A stretch of DNA of 64,000 nt from assembly GCA_902787825.1 (NCBI GenBank), contig CADAHS010000001.1:74063-138062 (forward strand), in the 5' to 3' direction. Each line of letters starts with the position of its first letter. The first letter of the stretch is position 1. Positions 1 through 9,937 of this stretch are shown one piece after another. The notes beneath the pieces are model-generated. The model was not told the DNA's origin. It worked only from the letters and a program-made list of their open reading frames with translations, and did no database searches. Source of the stretch: an uncultured Ruminococcus sp. (GTDB taxonomy: Bacteria > Bacillota > Clostridia > Oscillospirales > Ruminococcaceae). Made by a program: the position numbers and the translations under genes.

Positions 1-19
1 CATTTTAAACATAATTTTT

Positions 20-1234
20 CTATTTTTTTATAAAAAATTCGGCTTGTTCACATACGTTTCCATGGAGCTTGTAGGTGATCTCGATCTTTACCGAGTCATT
101 GCCTTTAAGCTTTTTGACTTTTTTATCCCTTATCTCATATTGTTTCAGAAAGTTCGTTTCGTATTTTTCCGACTTTTTCAAAGCAAGTTCATATGCCTGT
201 TCCTGCGAGTATTTTACAGGCTTGAAGTCGTATTCCTCCAGAGTGAGTGTCCTTATACCCACCGGTATCTGAGTGCCGGCAAGCTCGATGCAGTTCAGCT
301 TCTGCGAGCTGTAGAAGCTGCCGACCTTTGCACTGAAAAACAGAGGGATATCCGCCGAGAACAGGTGGAAATATCTCTGCTTGAATATCTCTCCTGTTTT
401 CTGCTTCACGATATCGTCAAGCTTTTGCTCGAAAACGACCGTCCGTTCAAATGTTCCCTCGATCTCAGCGATAGAGCGGGCATATCGCACAGATTTCTCA
501 ACTATCTCCTTGCCGTCCACCCACTTGGATCTATTCTTTTCAACAATACCACTGACTACTATTTCCCCCTTGCAGACTCCGCTTCCGACTGCTTTCTTTA
601 GTTGACCGTCCACTACTCTCACGTTGTCTATAACAGCATTTTCTGTTGCTACAAGGTTGCTTGGAAGCCTGTTCTGGCTGCCTTTGACAGCCGGGATATT
701 CTCTATCACATCTATTATCAGGCTGTTTCCCTTTCGGGTGATGCCTGCCCAGCTTATACCTGAAACACGCTGCTTTAAAGCTCTTTCCACCACAACAAGG
801 TCGATGTCCGGGATATATGTTCCCACCTTGATGTTTTCCTGATTGAGCACATTCATTATATCTTTGCGGATAGTTTCGTCCTCAATGATTATATCAAATC
901 TCAGCACTATATTTTTCAGATATATTATCAAAAGTACTGCGGCGAGCATTCCTATGATTAGCCCCGGGCGGTGGATCAGTCGTTTTACCATCCTTACAAC
1001 ATCGCCGTCACGCAGCTTTTTTACATTGAATCCGTTTTGCGTACATATCCTTTCAAAGTACCCCGATGAATAAAAAGGAAGATTAAGCAGAACTTTTTCT
1101 CCCTGTTGTCTGATACTGCTTGCAGGCAGATCATACTCATCTATCAGCTTGTACAGCTTCTGTGCGTTGTCACATTTTACTTCGTAGGCAGTCTTGAAAA
1201 ACGGGATTTTTATATTTTTATTCTTGTCTGCCAT
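20..1234 (-). CDS. yqfD: Sporulation protein YqfD (stage IV)
   Basis: 404-aa ORF with a central TM segment and a WAGITRKGNSLIIDVIE...NLVA..VID..V.DG YqfD-like pattern; directly downstream of a yqfC-like gene. Confidence 0.85.
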   Translation of the reverse strand: MADKNKNIKIPFFKTAYEVKCDNAQKLYKLIDEYDLPASSIRQQGEKVLLNLPFYSSGYFERICTQNGFNVKKLRDGDVVRMVKRLIHRPGLIIGMLAAVLLIIYLKNIVLRFDIIIEDETIRKDIMNVLNQENIKVGTYIPDIDLVVVERALKQRVSGISWAGITRKGNSLIIDVIENIPAVKGSQNRLPSNLVATENAVIDNVRVVDGQLKKAVGSGVCKGEIVVSGIVEKNRSKWVDGKEIVEKSVRYARSIAEIEGTFERTVVFEQKLDDIVKQKTGEIFKQRYFHLFSADIPLFFSAKVGSFYSSQKLNCIELAGTQIPVGIRTLTLEEYDFKPVKYSQEQAYELALKKSEKYETNFLKQYEIRDKKVKKLKGNDSVKIEITYKLHGNVCEQAEFFIKK

Positions 1235-1522
1235 TTAGTTCTCCTTGGCTGAGAAGCCTTTCATTATCAGCTTAACCGAGTCTATCACGCCGTCTATGGA
1301 AATACTGTCCTGTGTGTATTCCGACATTTTCAGATCTTTTCCCCAGATCTCTATGTAATAGTTGCCTGCACATACTTTTGCCATTATATCACTGCATTCA
1401 CATACTCTTGAACAGTTTTCCACCAGTACGGTGCTGTTGTTTTGTATTGTGACGAATGAACTGAGATGAGCAAGGTCTTTGAGCTTACCCACAAAGCTTA
1501 GTTTTGTATTTGATGCTGACAT
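1235..1522 (-). CDS. yqfC: YabP/YqfC family sporulation protein
   Basis: 95 aa, ITIQNNSTVLVENC...IEIWGKDL....ISIDGVIDSV pattern; AGGAGG RBS; abuts yqfD. Confidence 0.8.
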   Translation of the reverse strand: MSASNTKLSFVGKLKDLAHLSSFVTIQNNSTVLVENCSRVCECSDIMAKVCAGNYYIEIWGKDLKMSEYTQDSISIDGVIDSVKLIMKGFSAKEN

Positions 1523-1674
1523 ATGATACCTCCTGTTTAAATGCGTTTCACGCTTTGTACAATTATATTACAACGATCAGCGACATATACATAAAAGTAT
1601 CTTCAGACATCACTGTACAAAGAACATCTTACCTCTTTGTGCGGTATTGTACTTATCATTGTGAGGTAGCGGTT

Positions 1675-2754
1675 ATGAAAGGGTATATAAAAGAGCTTGG
1701 TTATTATCTGCTTGCAGGACTGATGTTGTGGTACTGTTGGATCATAATAGTTGACAGCATAAACATTCGTGAGGGAATAATCCAATCGGTAAAACGTTGT
1801 ATGGATATTCTGATCCCGTCATTGTTTGCATTCATGGCAGCATCGGGGATAATTGTACGCAGCGGACTATATGCTATATTGTCAAGACCACTCGGATTTC
1901 TTGCGAAATGGGTATTTGCAATGCCCGGTGAGCTTTTCAGCGTTTTTATTATTTCTAATGTTGCGGGTTATCCTGTCGGAGCAAAGCTGCTTTGCGAACT
2001 GACCGAAAAGGGAAGTATAGACAAACGCACTGCAAGCACTATGCTGTGCTTCTGCTGCAATGCAGGACCTGCATTTATAAGCGGAACTATTGGCCTTGCA
2101 GTGTTTGGTGATACAAGGATCGGTCTGATCGTCTTGCTTTCCTGCATAATAAGCAATTTTATGCTTGCCGCAGTGATGTGCCGCATCAGAAGATCGAGCG
2201 CAAGCTTTAAAGAACAAAAGCCGCATATCTCCGCAGATATCCTGACAGAATCTGTGCTGTCGGCAGGAAGGTCGCTCTTAGATATATGCCTTCTCGTGGT
2301 ATTCTTTTCAACTGTTATGTCGGTGCTTGCACATTATGGGATACTATCTGAAATGAGCATTCGGCTTGGGATCCCATATGCTGAGCCGATCTTTGCATCG
2401 GTGCTTGAGATAACATCTATAACACAGCTTGAAAATGCATCTTTCGGATATATCCCCGTTATATGTGGTATCTGTTCGTTCGGTGGACTTTGTGTGCTGC
2501 TTCAGATCATCGTTGTTGTTAAGGATAGATTCTCCCTCAAACCATTCCTGCTCACAAGACCTGCTGGCGCAATGCTCAGTATGCTCAACAGCCTCTGGCT
2601 TTGCAGGCTTCTTTTGCCAAGCGATATTCAGGCTTCTTCCAACCATCAGCAAATTTTCGTTAAAGTGAACAATTTTGTACCCTCAGTTTGTCTAATATTA
2701 ATGATTTTCTTGTTGAAAATAAAAAAAGGGGTAGCATTTTCAAAACGAATGTGA
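1675..2754 (+). CDS. ylbJ: YlbJ-like sporulation integral membrane protein
   Basis: Multi-TM protein with LIPSLFAF, GYPVGAK, CNAGPAFI and FGGLCVLLQ motifs. Start moved to ATG 1675 (GAGGT RBS); divergent from yqfCD. Confidence 0.8.
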   Translation: MKGYIKELGYYLLAGLMLWYCWIIIVDSINIREGIIQSVKRCMDILIPSLFAFMAASGIIVRSGLYAILSRPLGFLAKWVFAMPGELFSVFIISNVAGYPVGAKLLCELTEKGSIDKRTASTMLCFCCNAGPAFISGTIGLAVFGDTRIGLIVLLSCIISNFMLAAVMCRIRRSSASFKEQKPHISADILTESVLSAGRSLLDICLLVVFFSTVMSVLAHYGILSEMSIRLGIPYAEPIFASVLEITSITQLENASFGYIPVICGICSFGGLCVLLQIIVVVKDRFSLKPFLLTRPAGAMLSMLNSLWLCRLLLPSDIQASSNHQQIFVKVNNFVPSVCLILMIFLLKIKKGVAFSKRM

Positions 2755-2808
2755 TATAATTATTGAAATAAAAGATTTATCACTTGATATAAAAGGAGTT
2801 GCGTTAAA

Positions 2809-3021
2809 ATGGCAAAGAAACAGTATTTTGGTAACGGCATAGATCCTTCCTGCTCTTATTGTGTGTACGGAAATCGTTCAAGAGAAGGAAACAAGGTCCT
2901 TTGTGAAAAAATGGGTCTTGTTGATGCGGACTATTCCTGCAAGAAGTGGGTGTACGATCCGATCAAGAGAGTGCCCAAGAAACAGCTCAACATTCCTAAT
3001 CAGGAAGACGATATTATCTGA
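2809..3021 (+). CDS. Small Cys-containing hypothetical protein (CxxC...C...C)
   Basis: AAGGAG RBS, 70 aa, upstream TATAAT and downstream terminator. Confidence 0.75.
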   Translation: MAKKQYFGNGIDPSCSYCVYGNRSREGNKVLCEKMGLVDADYSCKKWVYDPIKRVPKKQLNIPNQEDDII

Positions 3022-3037
3022 TCTTAATATCAAAAGC

Positions 3038-3074
3038 AAAGAGTCATATACCGTTTGGTGTATGACTCTTTTTT
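3038..3074 (+). terminator. Intrinsic terminator
   Basis: AAAGAGTCATATACC-GTTT-GGTGTATGACTCTTT followed by a T run. Confidence 0.8.
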
Positions 3075-3085
3075 CGTGCAAATGC

Positions 3086-3119
3086 AAAAAAGCATCCGCC
3101 TTTATCTGACGGATGCTTT
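3086..3119 (-). terminator. Intrinsic terminator of pcrA
   Basis: AAAGCATCCG/CGGATGCTTT stem with a U tract on the minus strand. Confidence 0.75.
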
Positions 3120-3122
3120 AAC

Positions 3123-5504
3123 TCATATCTTTGTTACTTTGGCGTAATTAGCCATTATCTTCTTGGTGCCCTTGCTGTCAAAGGCAATTTCCAGCAGCGT
3201 ATCATTGCCCATAGGTGTTGCACTGATAACAGTACCCTCGCCGAAAATTTTGTGCTTTATCCTGTCACCTGCACTGAAAGTCTGAGAAACAGCAGATGCG
3301 GAATTTTTTTCTGTCCTGCGGATATTCAGCTGCTGCCTTAAAGTCATGCTCTTTACTGCGCCGACCTCTCCGTGTGTTGCAGAAGATGAATAAACGCTTT
3401 GTACAAGCCCCTCCTGCTCCTGCTTTTGGATATAGTCCTTAGGAAGTTCTCTGATAAAGCGTGATTTTCTGTTGCGGTCAGTGTGACCGTAAAGCATTCT
3501 TTCGCAGGCACGGGTCAGAATTAGCTTATTTTTGGCTCTTGTCATCGCAACATAAGCAAGGCGGCGTTCTTCTTCAATATCTGCCTCACTGTCCATGCTT
3601 CTTGATGACGGGAAGATATTCTCCTCCATTCCGACCACAAACACCACAGGAAATTCAAGTCCCTTTGCAGAGTGCATAGTCATAAGTGCAACGTAATCCT
3701 GATCGGGATCAAGATTATCTATGTCCGTAAACAGCGAGATCTGCTCCAGAAACTCTGAAAGCGAAGGCTCCTCGCTGTCCTGCTCATACTGAGCCATAGT
3801 AGTTTTAAGCTCGGCAATGTTTTCAAGCCTTGCTGCACCCTCATCGCCCTGAAGTCTCAGATATTCACCATAACCACTCACATCAAGCAGTTCGTCGAGC
3901 AGCTCTTCAAGAGTATGCTGCTGAGCAAATTCTCCAAGCTGAGTGAACATATCTGCAAGACTTGTGAGCTGTTTTGAACGCTTTTCTATCGGCGCAAGGT
4001 CAGCAGAGTTGCTCATTACCGTAACGGGATCCTCACCGAGATCTGAAGATATCTGCTCCAGCAAAGCAACTGTTGAATCACCAATACCCCTTTTTGGCTC
4101 ATTGATTATTCTTTTGAGCCTGAGCATATCAGCGTTGTTGTTTATGACCTGCAGGTATGCAAGCACATCTCTGATCTCTTTTCTGTCATAGAATTTCAGT
4201 CCGCCGAATATCTTGTAGGGTATACCGCTTTGTACAAGAGCACGCTCGATACTGTTTGACTGAGCATTCATTCTGTACAAAACAGCGTGATCGTTATATT
4301 TTTCGCCTTTTTGAATATCTTCAAGGATAGTTTCAGCAATAAACTTTGCTTCTCCTTTTTCATCTGCTGCTTTGTAGACAGTAATCTTACTTCCGTCGCC
4401 TCTGTCCGTCCAGAGATTCTTTCCCTTTCTGGCTGAATTGTTCTTTATAAGCTCGTTTGCGCAGGTAAGTATATTCTGCGTAGAACGATAATTCTGTTCA
4501 AGTCTGATAACGTCTTTTTCGGGATCGCAGCCAAACTGCTGCTCAAAACTGAGGATATTCTCGATCGTAGCACCTCTGAAACGATAGATGCTCTGGTCAT
4601 CGTCACCAACAACGCAGATGTTGTTGTTCTTGCTTGCAAGCAGTCTTACAAGCCTGAACTGTGCTGTATTCGTATCCTGATACTCATCGACCATAATGTA
4701 CTTGTAAAGGTTCTGATAGTGATCCAGAACATCGGGATAGTCCTCAAACAGCCTGACAGTGTTGAAGATTATATCATCAAAGTCCATGGCGTTTGCAAGC
4801 TTCATTCTGTGCTGATACTCGCTGTATACCTTTGCAATGGTCACAAGCCTGTAATCCTCACCGCAGCTCATCTCAAATTCCTTGGCACCCACCATAGAAT
4901 CCTTCTGTCGGGAGATCTCCGCAAGAATAGTCTTAGGAGGGAACATTTTATCCGAAATATCAAGATCTTTGAGTATAGCTTTGACCGATCTTTGTGAGTC
5001 GTCGGCGTCATAGATCGTGAAGTTGCTGGAATATCCAAGGTTAGCGCATTCACGGCGAAGTATCCTTACGCAAGCCGAGTGGAATGTAGAGGCATTAACC
5101 TGCGTGCCCCTTTCGCCAAGCATTGCTTCAAGTCTTTCCTTTAGTTCGTTTGCAGCCTTGTTGGTAAATGTGATAGCAAGAATATTCCACGGGTTGATCG
5201 GCTTTGCTTCAATTATCTCAGCAAGCCTCTCATGGTCATCGGACTTGCCGTTTGCATAGTCCTCAAGGAAAACACACTCATCTTCGGTGACATTGACCAT
5301 ATCATTTTCATTATTATATGAATCACCGAAAAAGATCATATTAGCGATACGGTTTATAAGAACAGTAGTCTTTCCGCTTCCGGCGCCCGCAAGGATAAGC
5401 AGAGGACCGTTTATCTTGAAAACAGCCTTTTGCTGCTGAGGATTCATTCTGGAAAAGTACTTTTCCAATGCCTTTCTTTTAAGCAATATTAGATCTTTAG
5501 CCAT
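3123..5504 (-). CDS. pcrA: ATP-dependent DNA helicase PcrA/UvrD
   Basis: LAGAGSGKT, VDEYQDTN, VGDDDQSIYRFRGA, LEQNYRST, TMHSAKGLEFP, EERRLAYVAMTRA motifs. Start at 5504 or 5525. Confidence 0.97.
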   Translation of the reverse strand: MAKDLILLKRKALEKYFSRMNPQQQKAVFKINGPLLILAGAGSGKTTVLINRIANMIFFGDSYNNENDMVNVTEDECVFLEDYANGKSDDHERLAEIIEAKPINPWNILAITFTNKAANELKERLEAMLGERGTQVNASTFHSACVRILRRECANLGYSSNFTIYDADDSQRSVKAILKDLDISDKMFPPKTILAEISRQKDSMVGAKEFEMSCGEDYRLVTIAKVYSEYQHRMKLANAMDFDDIIFNTVRLFEDYPDVLDHYQNLYKYIMVDEYQDTNTAQFRLVRLLASKNNNICVVGDDDQSIYRFRGATIENILSFEQQFGCDPEKDVIRLEQNYRSTQNILTCANELIKNNSARKGKNLWTDRGDGSKITVYKAADEKGEAKFIAETILEDIQKGEKYNDHAVLYRMNAQSNSIERALVQSGIPYKIFGGLKFYDRKEIRDVLAYLQVINNNADMLRLKRIINEPKRGIGDSTVALLEQISSDLGEDPVTVMSNSADLAPIEKRSKQLTSLADMFTQLGEFAQQHTLEELLDELLDVSGYGEYLRLQGDEGAARLENIAELKTTMAQYEQDSEEPSLSEFLEQISLFTDIDNLDPDQDYVALMTMHSAKGLEFPVVFVVGMEENIFPSSRSMDSEADIEEERRLAYVAMTRAKNKLILTRACERMLYGHTDRNRKSRFIRELPKDYIQKQEQEGLVQSVYSSSATHGEVGAVKSMTLRQQLNIRRTEKNSASAVSQTFSAGDRIKHKIFGEGTVISATPMGNDTLLEIAFDSKGTKKIMANYAKVTKI

Positions 5505-5651
5505 GCATTCGGCACTCCTTTCCATCTTATTGGCTCTATTATATCACAAAAAAACTGATTTGAAAAGGGGGTAAATGCAAAAACACTAAACATTTGTTTA
5601 AATATCCCTCACGAGCCAATAATACTAACAAATAACACATGGAGGGATAAA

Positions 5652-7778
5652 ATGAACGCATTGATTTTTACATCAGCAAACAAACAGCTTGAAAGCACGA
5701 CAGGAAAACCGGTTATTCTGACAGATATCTGTGGGAAAACACTTATGGAGAGATGTGTCCAAAGGCTTATTGCAGCAGGCATTGAAAAAGCAGTTGTCGT
5801 GTCTGACAGCAGAGAAGTTAGTGAGGCTGTGCAGTACTATGAAAACAGTGATAAGATATCACTGAAATGCTTATGTACAGTCGTTACAGAGCCAAGCAGC
5901 GATGGACTTTGGCTTGTCTGCGATGCCTGCTCCAGTTATGATCTGGATATCCGTTCAGCACTCAAAGAGATCCCCAAGGACAAACTGCGCGGAACTGCTT
6001 TCCGAGCTTCCGCAGATAATGAACTGGTGATGTGTATAATTGATGACAGCAATGTTAAGCTTATTGACTTTACAAGTTCAAACAACGTATCGAAAGCGTT
6101 ATCACGCTGCTTGACCAGCGAAGTCATTGCCGACGTTGAACTTCCGAGGATCGGCTCTGCTTCTGATATTGTTGCGTGTCAAGAGAGAATGCTTTACAAG
6201 ATCCCTGGCCTTGTTACAAAACTGACGGACAGTAATTTCAATGGTGTCACGCTGATACCTCCTGTGTATATCGGCAGAAATGTTGCGATAAGTCCCGGGG
6301 CTATTATTGAAAAAGGCTCTGTCATAGCTGATGACGCTCGGGTCTGCGATGGCGCAAGGGTAAGTGGTTCATATGTCGGAGAATACGCTGTTGTTGGTAA
6401 GAACTGCACGCTCAACAAAACTTTTCTTGCCCGGGATTCAGTACTGATGAACAGGGTCAGAGCTGCCAGCGGTTGTGTTATTGGATATAAGACAGGTGTG
6501 AAAGCCAATACTACGCTTGTTGAAAATACATTTGTTTGCGCTGAAAACGATCGCAGCGCAAATATTTTCAGCAGAGGAATGAAGCATCTTGAATTTGATG
6601 ATGACGGAATATGCAGTCTGTCTGAGGCTTCGGCAGATGTGACAGCCTATGTTGAGCTTGGAAAGGCTGTGGGCACTGCATTGCCTCTTGGCAGCACTGT
6701 AATTGTCGGCTGCGGAAGCTTCAAAAGTTCGCAGACGCTTTGTGATGCAGTCTGCTGCGGCGTGGTCAGTACGGGCGCAAATGCGATTGATATTGGTGAA
6801 TGCTCTCTTTCACAGCTTGCTTTTGCTATGGGAAGGAGCAGTGCTCAGATCGGGATATACACAGCACTTGATAAAAACGGAGATGTCAGGCTTATACAGC
6901 AGGGTGGACTGCCTCTTCTTACAAGTCTTGAACGCTGTATCTGCCGTTGCTTTGATAACAAGAGTTTCAGATCTGCAGCAACAGCGTGCATGGGCGATCA
7001 TCTTCATTCGCAGGAGAGCCTTATCGAATACTATAATTATCTTTCACAGCTGCTCCCAGCAAGCCTGTATGGGATCAACGCTTGTGTACGAACTTCTGAT
7101 TCCGTTACTGCAATGCTTTGTGACAAGCTGTTTAAACCTGCCAATGACATTGATGGCGAACGCATAGTTTTTCAGCTTTCAAGCGATCTTTCGTCGGTAT
7201 GTGCATTCAGCCCCCTGACCGGCAACGTACACTGGGAAAGGCTTTGTCTTCTTGGCTGCAAGATATTGTTTGAAGCTAATAAACCTGTATGTGTGCCTTA
7301 CAGCCTTCCATCATCAGTTGATGAGCTTGCAGCTAAATATCAGGGAACACTTATGAGATACTGCACTGTGAATGTTGACGATACAGATACTAAAGCCCGT
7401 GAAACTGCGGCTTTGCCTTACAATTTCTTTGTACGGGACGGACTGCTTCTGAGTGTAATGATCTGCAGGTATCTGAATGAACAGAGAATAACGCTGAAAC
7501 AAGCTCTGGAAGACATTAAGCCTCTTTTTACAACGCAAAGATATATTTGCTCACATAAACGATCATTCGTGGAGCTTCAGAAGCTTGAAAACTCTGTTGC
7601 TGTTGGCAGTGAGGGCTTTGAGGTCAGCGATGAGCGTTCAAGAGCGTTTATAAGACCCTCCAAAAATAAGCAGGCTGTTATGATTTTTGCCGAGAGCGTA
7701 AATTCTGAGTTCGCAGCGGAATTCTGTGATAATTTGATCGAAAGGATCCGGAATTACGAACTTTTCGGACATGAATGA
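5652..7778 (+). CDS. Mannose-1-P guanylyltransferase / phosphomannomutase-like fusion with degenerate catalytic motifs
   Basis: NTP-transferase-like N-terminus, hexapeptide LbH repeats (PPVYIGRNVAISPGAIIEKGSVI...), PGM/PMM-like C-terminal half; GGAGG RBS. Confidence 0.7.
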   Translation: MNALIFTSANKQLESTTGKPVILTDICGKTLMERCVQRLIAAGIEKAVVVSDSREVSEAVQYYENSDKISLKCLCTVVTEPSSDGLWLVCDACSSYDLDIRSALKEIPKDKLRGTAFRASADNELVMCIIDDSNVKLIDFTSSNNVSKALSRCLTSEVIADVELPRIGSASDIVACQERMLYKIPGLVTKLTDSNFNGVTLIPPVYIGRNVAISPGAIIEKGSVIADDARVCDGARVSGSYVGEYAVVGKNCTLNKTFLARDSVLMNRVRAASGCVIGYKTGVKANTTLVENTFVCAENDRSANIFSRGMKHLEFDDDGICSLSEASADVTAYVELGKAVGTALPLGSTVIVGCGSFKSSQTLCDAVCCGVVSTGANAIDIGECSLSQLAFAMGRSSAQIGIYTALDKNGDVRLIQQGGLPLLTSLERCICRCFDNKSFRSAATACMGDHLHSQESLIEYYNYLSQLLPASLYGINACVRTSDSVTAMLCDKLFKPANDIDGERIVFQLSSDLSSVCAFSPLTGNVHWERLCLLGCKILFEANKPVCVPYSLPSSVDELAAKYQGTLMRYCTVNVDDTDTKARETAALPYNFFVRDGLLLSVMICRYLNEQRITLKQALEDIKPLFTTQRYICSHKRSFVELQKLENSVAVGSEGFEVSDERSRAFIRPSKNKQAVMIFAESVNSEFAAEFCDNLIERIRNYELFGHE

Positions 7779-7815
7779 CCGGCGTTGTTTTTTTGCACTC
7801 AGATGTATGTATTGC

Positions 7816-7844
7816 TTGACATTATCGCTTGATTGGAGTATAAT
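7816..7844 (+). promoter_or_regulatory. Sigma-A-type promoter of rnj
   Basis: TTGACA(7816)-17 bp-TATAAT(7839). Confidence 0.85.
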
Positions 7845-7991
7845 GTAATTTAGATATTTTTTGTGCGTGAATAAATGCAGAAAAGATGCTGTCAAGTCTT
7901 ACCATTATTATCTTAAAGGCGTATTTGCACGCTGTGACGCATCTTTCTGCCTCATAATCAAATTGTCAAATCACAGAAAGGAGATTATCAG

Positions 7992-9905
7992 TTGCTTTGC
8001 AGTGTATCTTGCTGTAAAGCCGATAATGTATTCATGAGTAATAATACAAACGAAAAATCAAAAAGAACTGTTTACAGACGCAGAAGACCCGAGAACCAGG
8101 CTGCCGAACAGCCCGTAACAGCTGAGGAAAAGCGTAAGAAAAGCGCACGCACTGTTGCTGCGAGAACACAGAAGACACAGTCTGACGGTCGCAGGACCTC
8201 AGTTAAGCAGGCGAGTGCACCCAGACAGCCAAGAGAGCCATCAAGAAAGACCCCTGTCAGGATAATCCCGCTTGGCGGACTCAATGAGATAGGAAAGAAC
8301 TGTACTGCTATCGAATGTGCAAACGATATGCTTATTATCGACTGTGGTATGGCGTTTCCTGACAGCGAGCTGCTTGGTGTTGATATTGTTCTTCCTGATT
8401 ACAGCTATGTTGAAAAGAACATAGACAAGCTCAGGGGAGTTGTGCTTACTCACGGACATGAGGATCATATTGGCGGTCTTCCGTATTTCCTCAAAAAGTT
8501 CAACGTTCCTGTGTACGGCACACGGCTTACTCTTGGACTTGTGGAGGGCAAGCTTGATGAGCACGGCATTCTTGCGGGTGCAAAGCTGAATGTTGTAACT
8601 CCTCGTCAGACGGTCAAGCTTGGCTGTATGGCTGTTGAGTTCATCAGAGTTAACCACTCGATCCCGGATGCTGTGGGAATGGCTATCCATACACCTGCCG
8701 GTGTGCTGATCCATACAGGTGACTTCAAGGTGGATTATACTCCGATAGAGGGTGGGATAATCGACCTTCAAAGATTTGCAGAACTTGGCGGCAGAGGTGT
8801 ACTTGCGCTTATGTCTGATTCCACCAATGCTGACCGACCGGGTTTTACGATGAGTGAACGAAAAGTCGGAGAGAGCTTTGAAAAGCTGTTTGTACAGGCT
8901 GAGGGCAGAAGGATCATTATTGCAACCTTTGCTTCAAATATCCACAGAGTTCAGCAGATAATCAACAATGCCGTGTCAACAGGCAGAAAAGTTGCTGTTT
9001 CCGGGCGCAGTATGGTAAATGTAATAAGCATTGGTATTGAGCTTGGGTATCTTAAAGTTCCGGACGGAGTACTTGTTGATATTGAAATGGTATCAAAATA
9101 TCCGCCTGATAAAATGGTCATCGTTACCACAGGAAGTCAGGGTGAACCAATGTCTGCCCTTACAAGAATGGCTAATAATGAGCACAGACAGGTTTCCATA
9201 ACACCGATGGATTTCATTATAATATCAGCTAATCCTATCCCCGGCAACGAAAAACTTGTAACAAGGGTAATCAATGAGCTTATGAAGCTTGGTGCCCATG
9301 TGGTATATGAAAACATTTATGATGTACACGTTTCGGGTCATGCTTGTCAGGAGGAGCAGAAACTGATCCTTTCCATAACAAAGCCTAAGTTCTTCATACC
9401 TGTTCACGGAGAGTATAAGCATCTGTATCAGCATAAGGCGACTGCTATGGCTGTGGGAATACCCGAAAGCAATATTATCCTCGGTGATAACGGCTTTGTT
9501 ATTGAAACCGATGGAGTTGATATGAAAGTCACCGGAACGGTGCCTGCCGGCAGAGTGTTTGTCGATGGTCTGGGCGTGGGAGATGTCGGTTCGATAGTCC
9601 TGCGTGACAGAAAACATCTTGCCGAGGATGGTCTGATAATCGCAGTAGCGACGATTGACCGTGAAACAGGCGTGATACTTGCAGGACCTGATGTCGTTTC
9701 AAGAGGCTTTGTTTATGTAAGAGAAAGCGAGGAGCTTTTGAATGAAGCTAAAAACCTCCTTGCTGAGTCTTTGCAGGACAGCCTTGACAGGAACATCAAG
9801 GACTGGAATACCATAAAAGGAAAGATGAAGGATAACCTTTCGGAGTTCATATTCGCCAAGACAAAGAGAACGCCAATGATTCTTCCGATAATAATGGAGC
9901 TTTGA
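7992..9905 (+). CDS. rnj: Ribonuclease J
   Basis: IIPLGGLNEIGKN, THGHEDHIG, HSIPD, GDFK, HVSGHA, PVHGE motifs; basic N-terminal extension. Start TTG 7992 (RBS present) or ATG 8034. Confidence 0.96.
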   Translation: MLCSVSCCKADNVFMSNNTNEKSKRTVYRRRRPENQAAEQPVTAEEKRKKSARTVAARTQKTQSDGRRTSVKQASAPRQPREPSRKTPVRIIPLGGLNEIGKNCTAIECANDMLIIDCGMAFPDSELLGVDIVLPDYSYVEKNIDKLRGVVLTHGHEDHIGGLPYFLKKFNVPVYGTRLTLGLVEGKLDEHGILAGAKLNVVTPRQTVKLGCMAVEFIRVNHSIPDAVGMAIHTPAGVLIHTGDFKVDYTPIEGGIIDLQRFAELGGRGVLALMSDSTNADRPGFTMSERKVGESFEKLFVQAEGRRIIIATFASNIHRVQQIINNAVSTGRKVAVSGRSMVNVISIGIELGYLKVPDGVLVDIEMVSKYPPDKMVIVTTGSQGEPMSALTRMANNEHRQVSITPMDFIIISANPIPGNEKLVTRVINELMKLGAHVVYENIYDVHVSGHACQEEQKLILSITKPKFFIPVHGEYKHLYQHKATAMAVGIPESNIILGDNGFVIETDGVDMKVTGTVPAGRVFVDGLGVGDVGSIVLRDRKHLAEDGLIIAVATIDRETGVILAGPDVVSRGFVYVRESEELLNEAKNLLAESLQDSLDRNIKDWNTIKGKMKDNLSEFIFAKTKRTPMILPIIMEL

Positions 9906-9937
9906 TCTTTCAGAACAAAGTAAGGAGATGTTGAGAA

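Noticed and set aside
1553-1622. Inverted repeat CTTTGTACA/TGTACAAAG in the yqfC-ylbJ divergent region
   Set aside because: Only 9 bp, widely spaced, in AT-rich DNA; neither an operator nor a sigma-E promoter could be assigned confidently.
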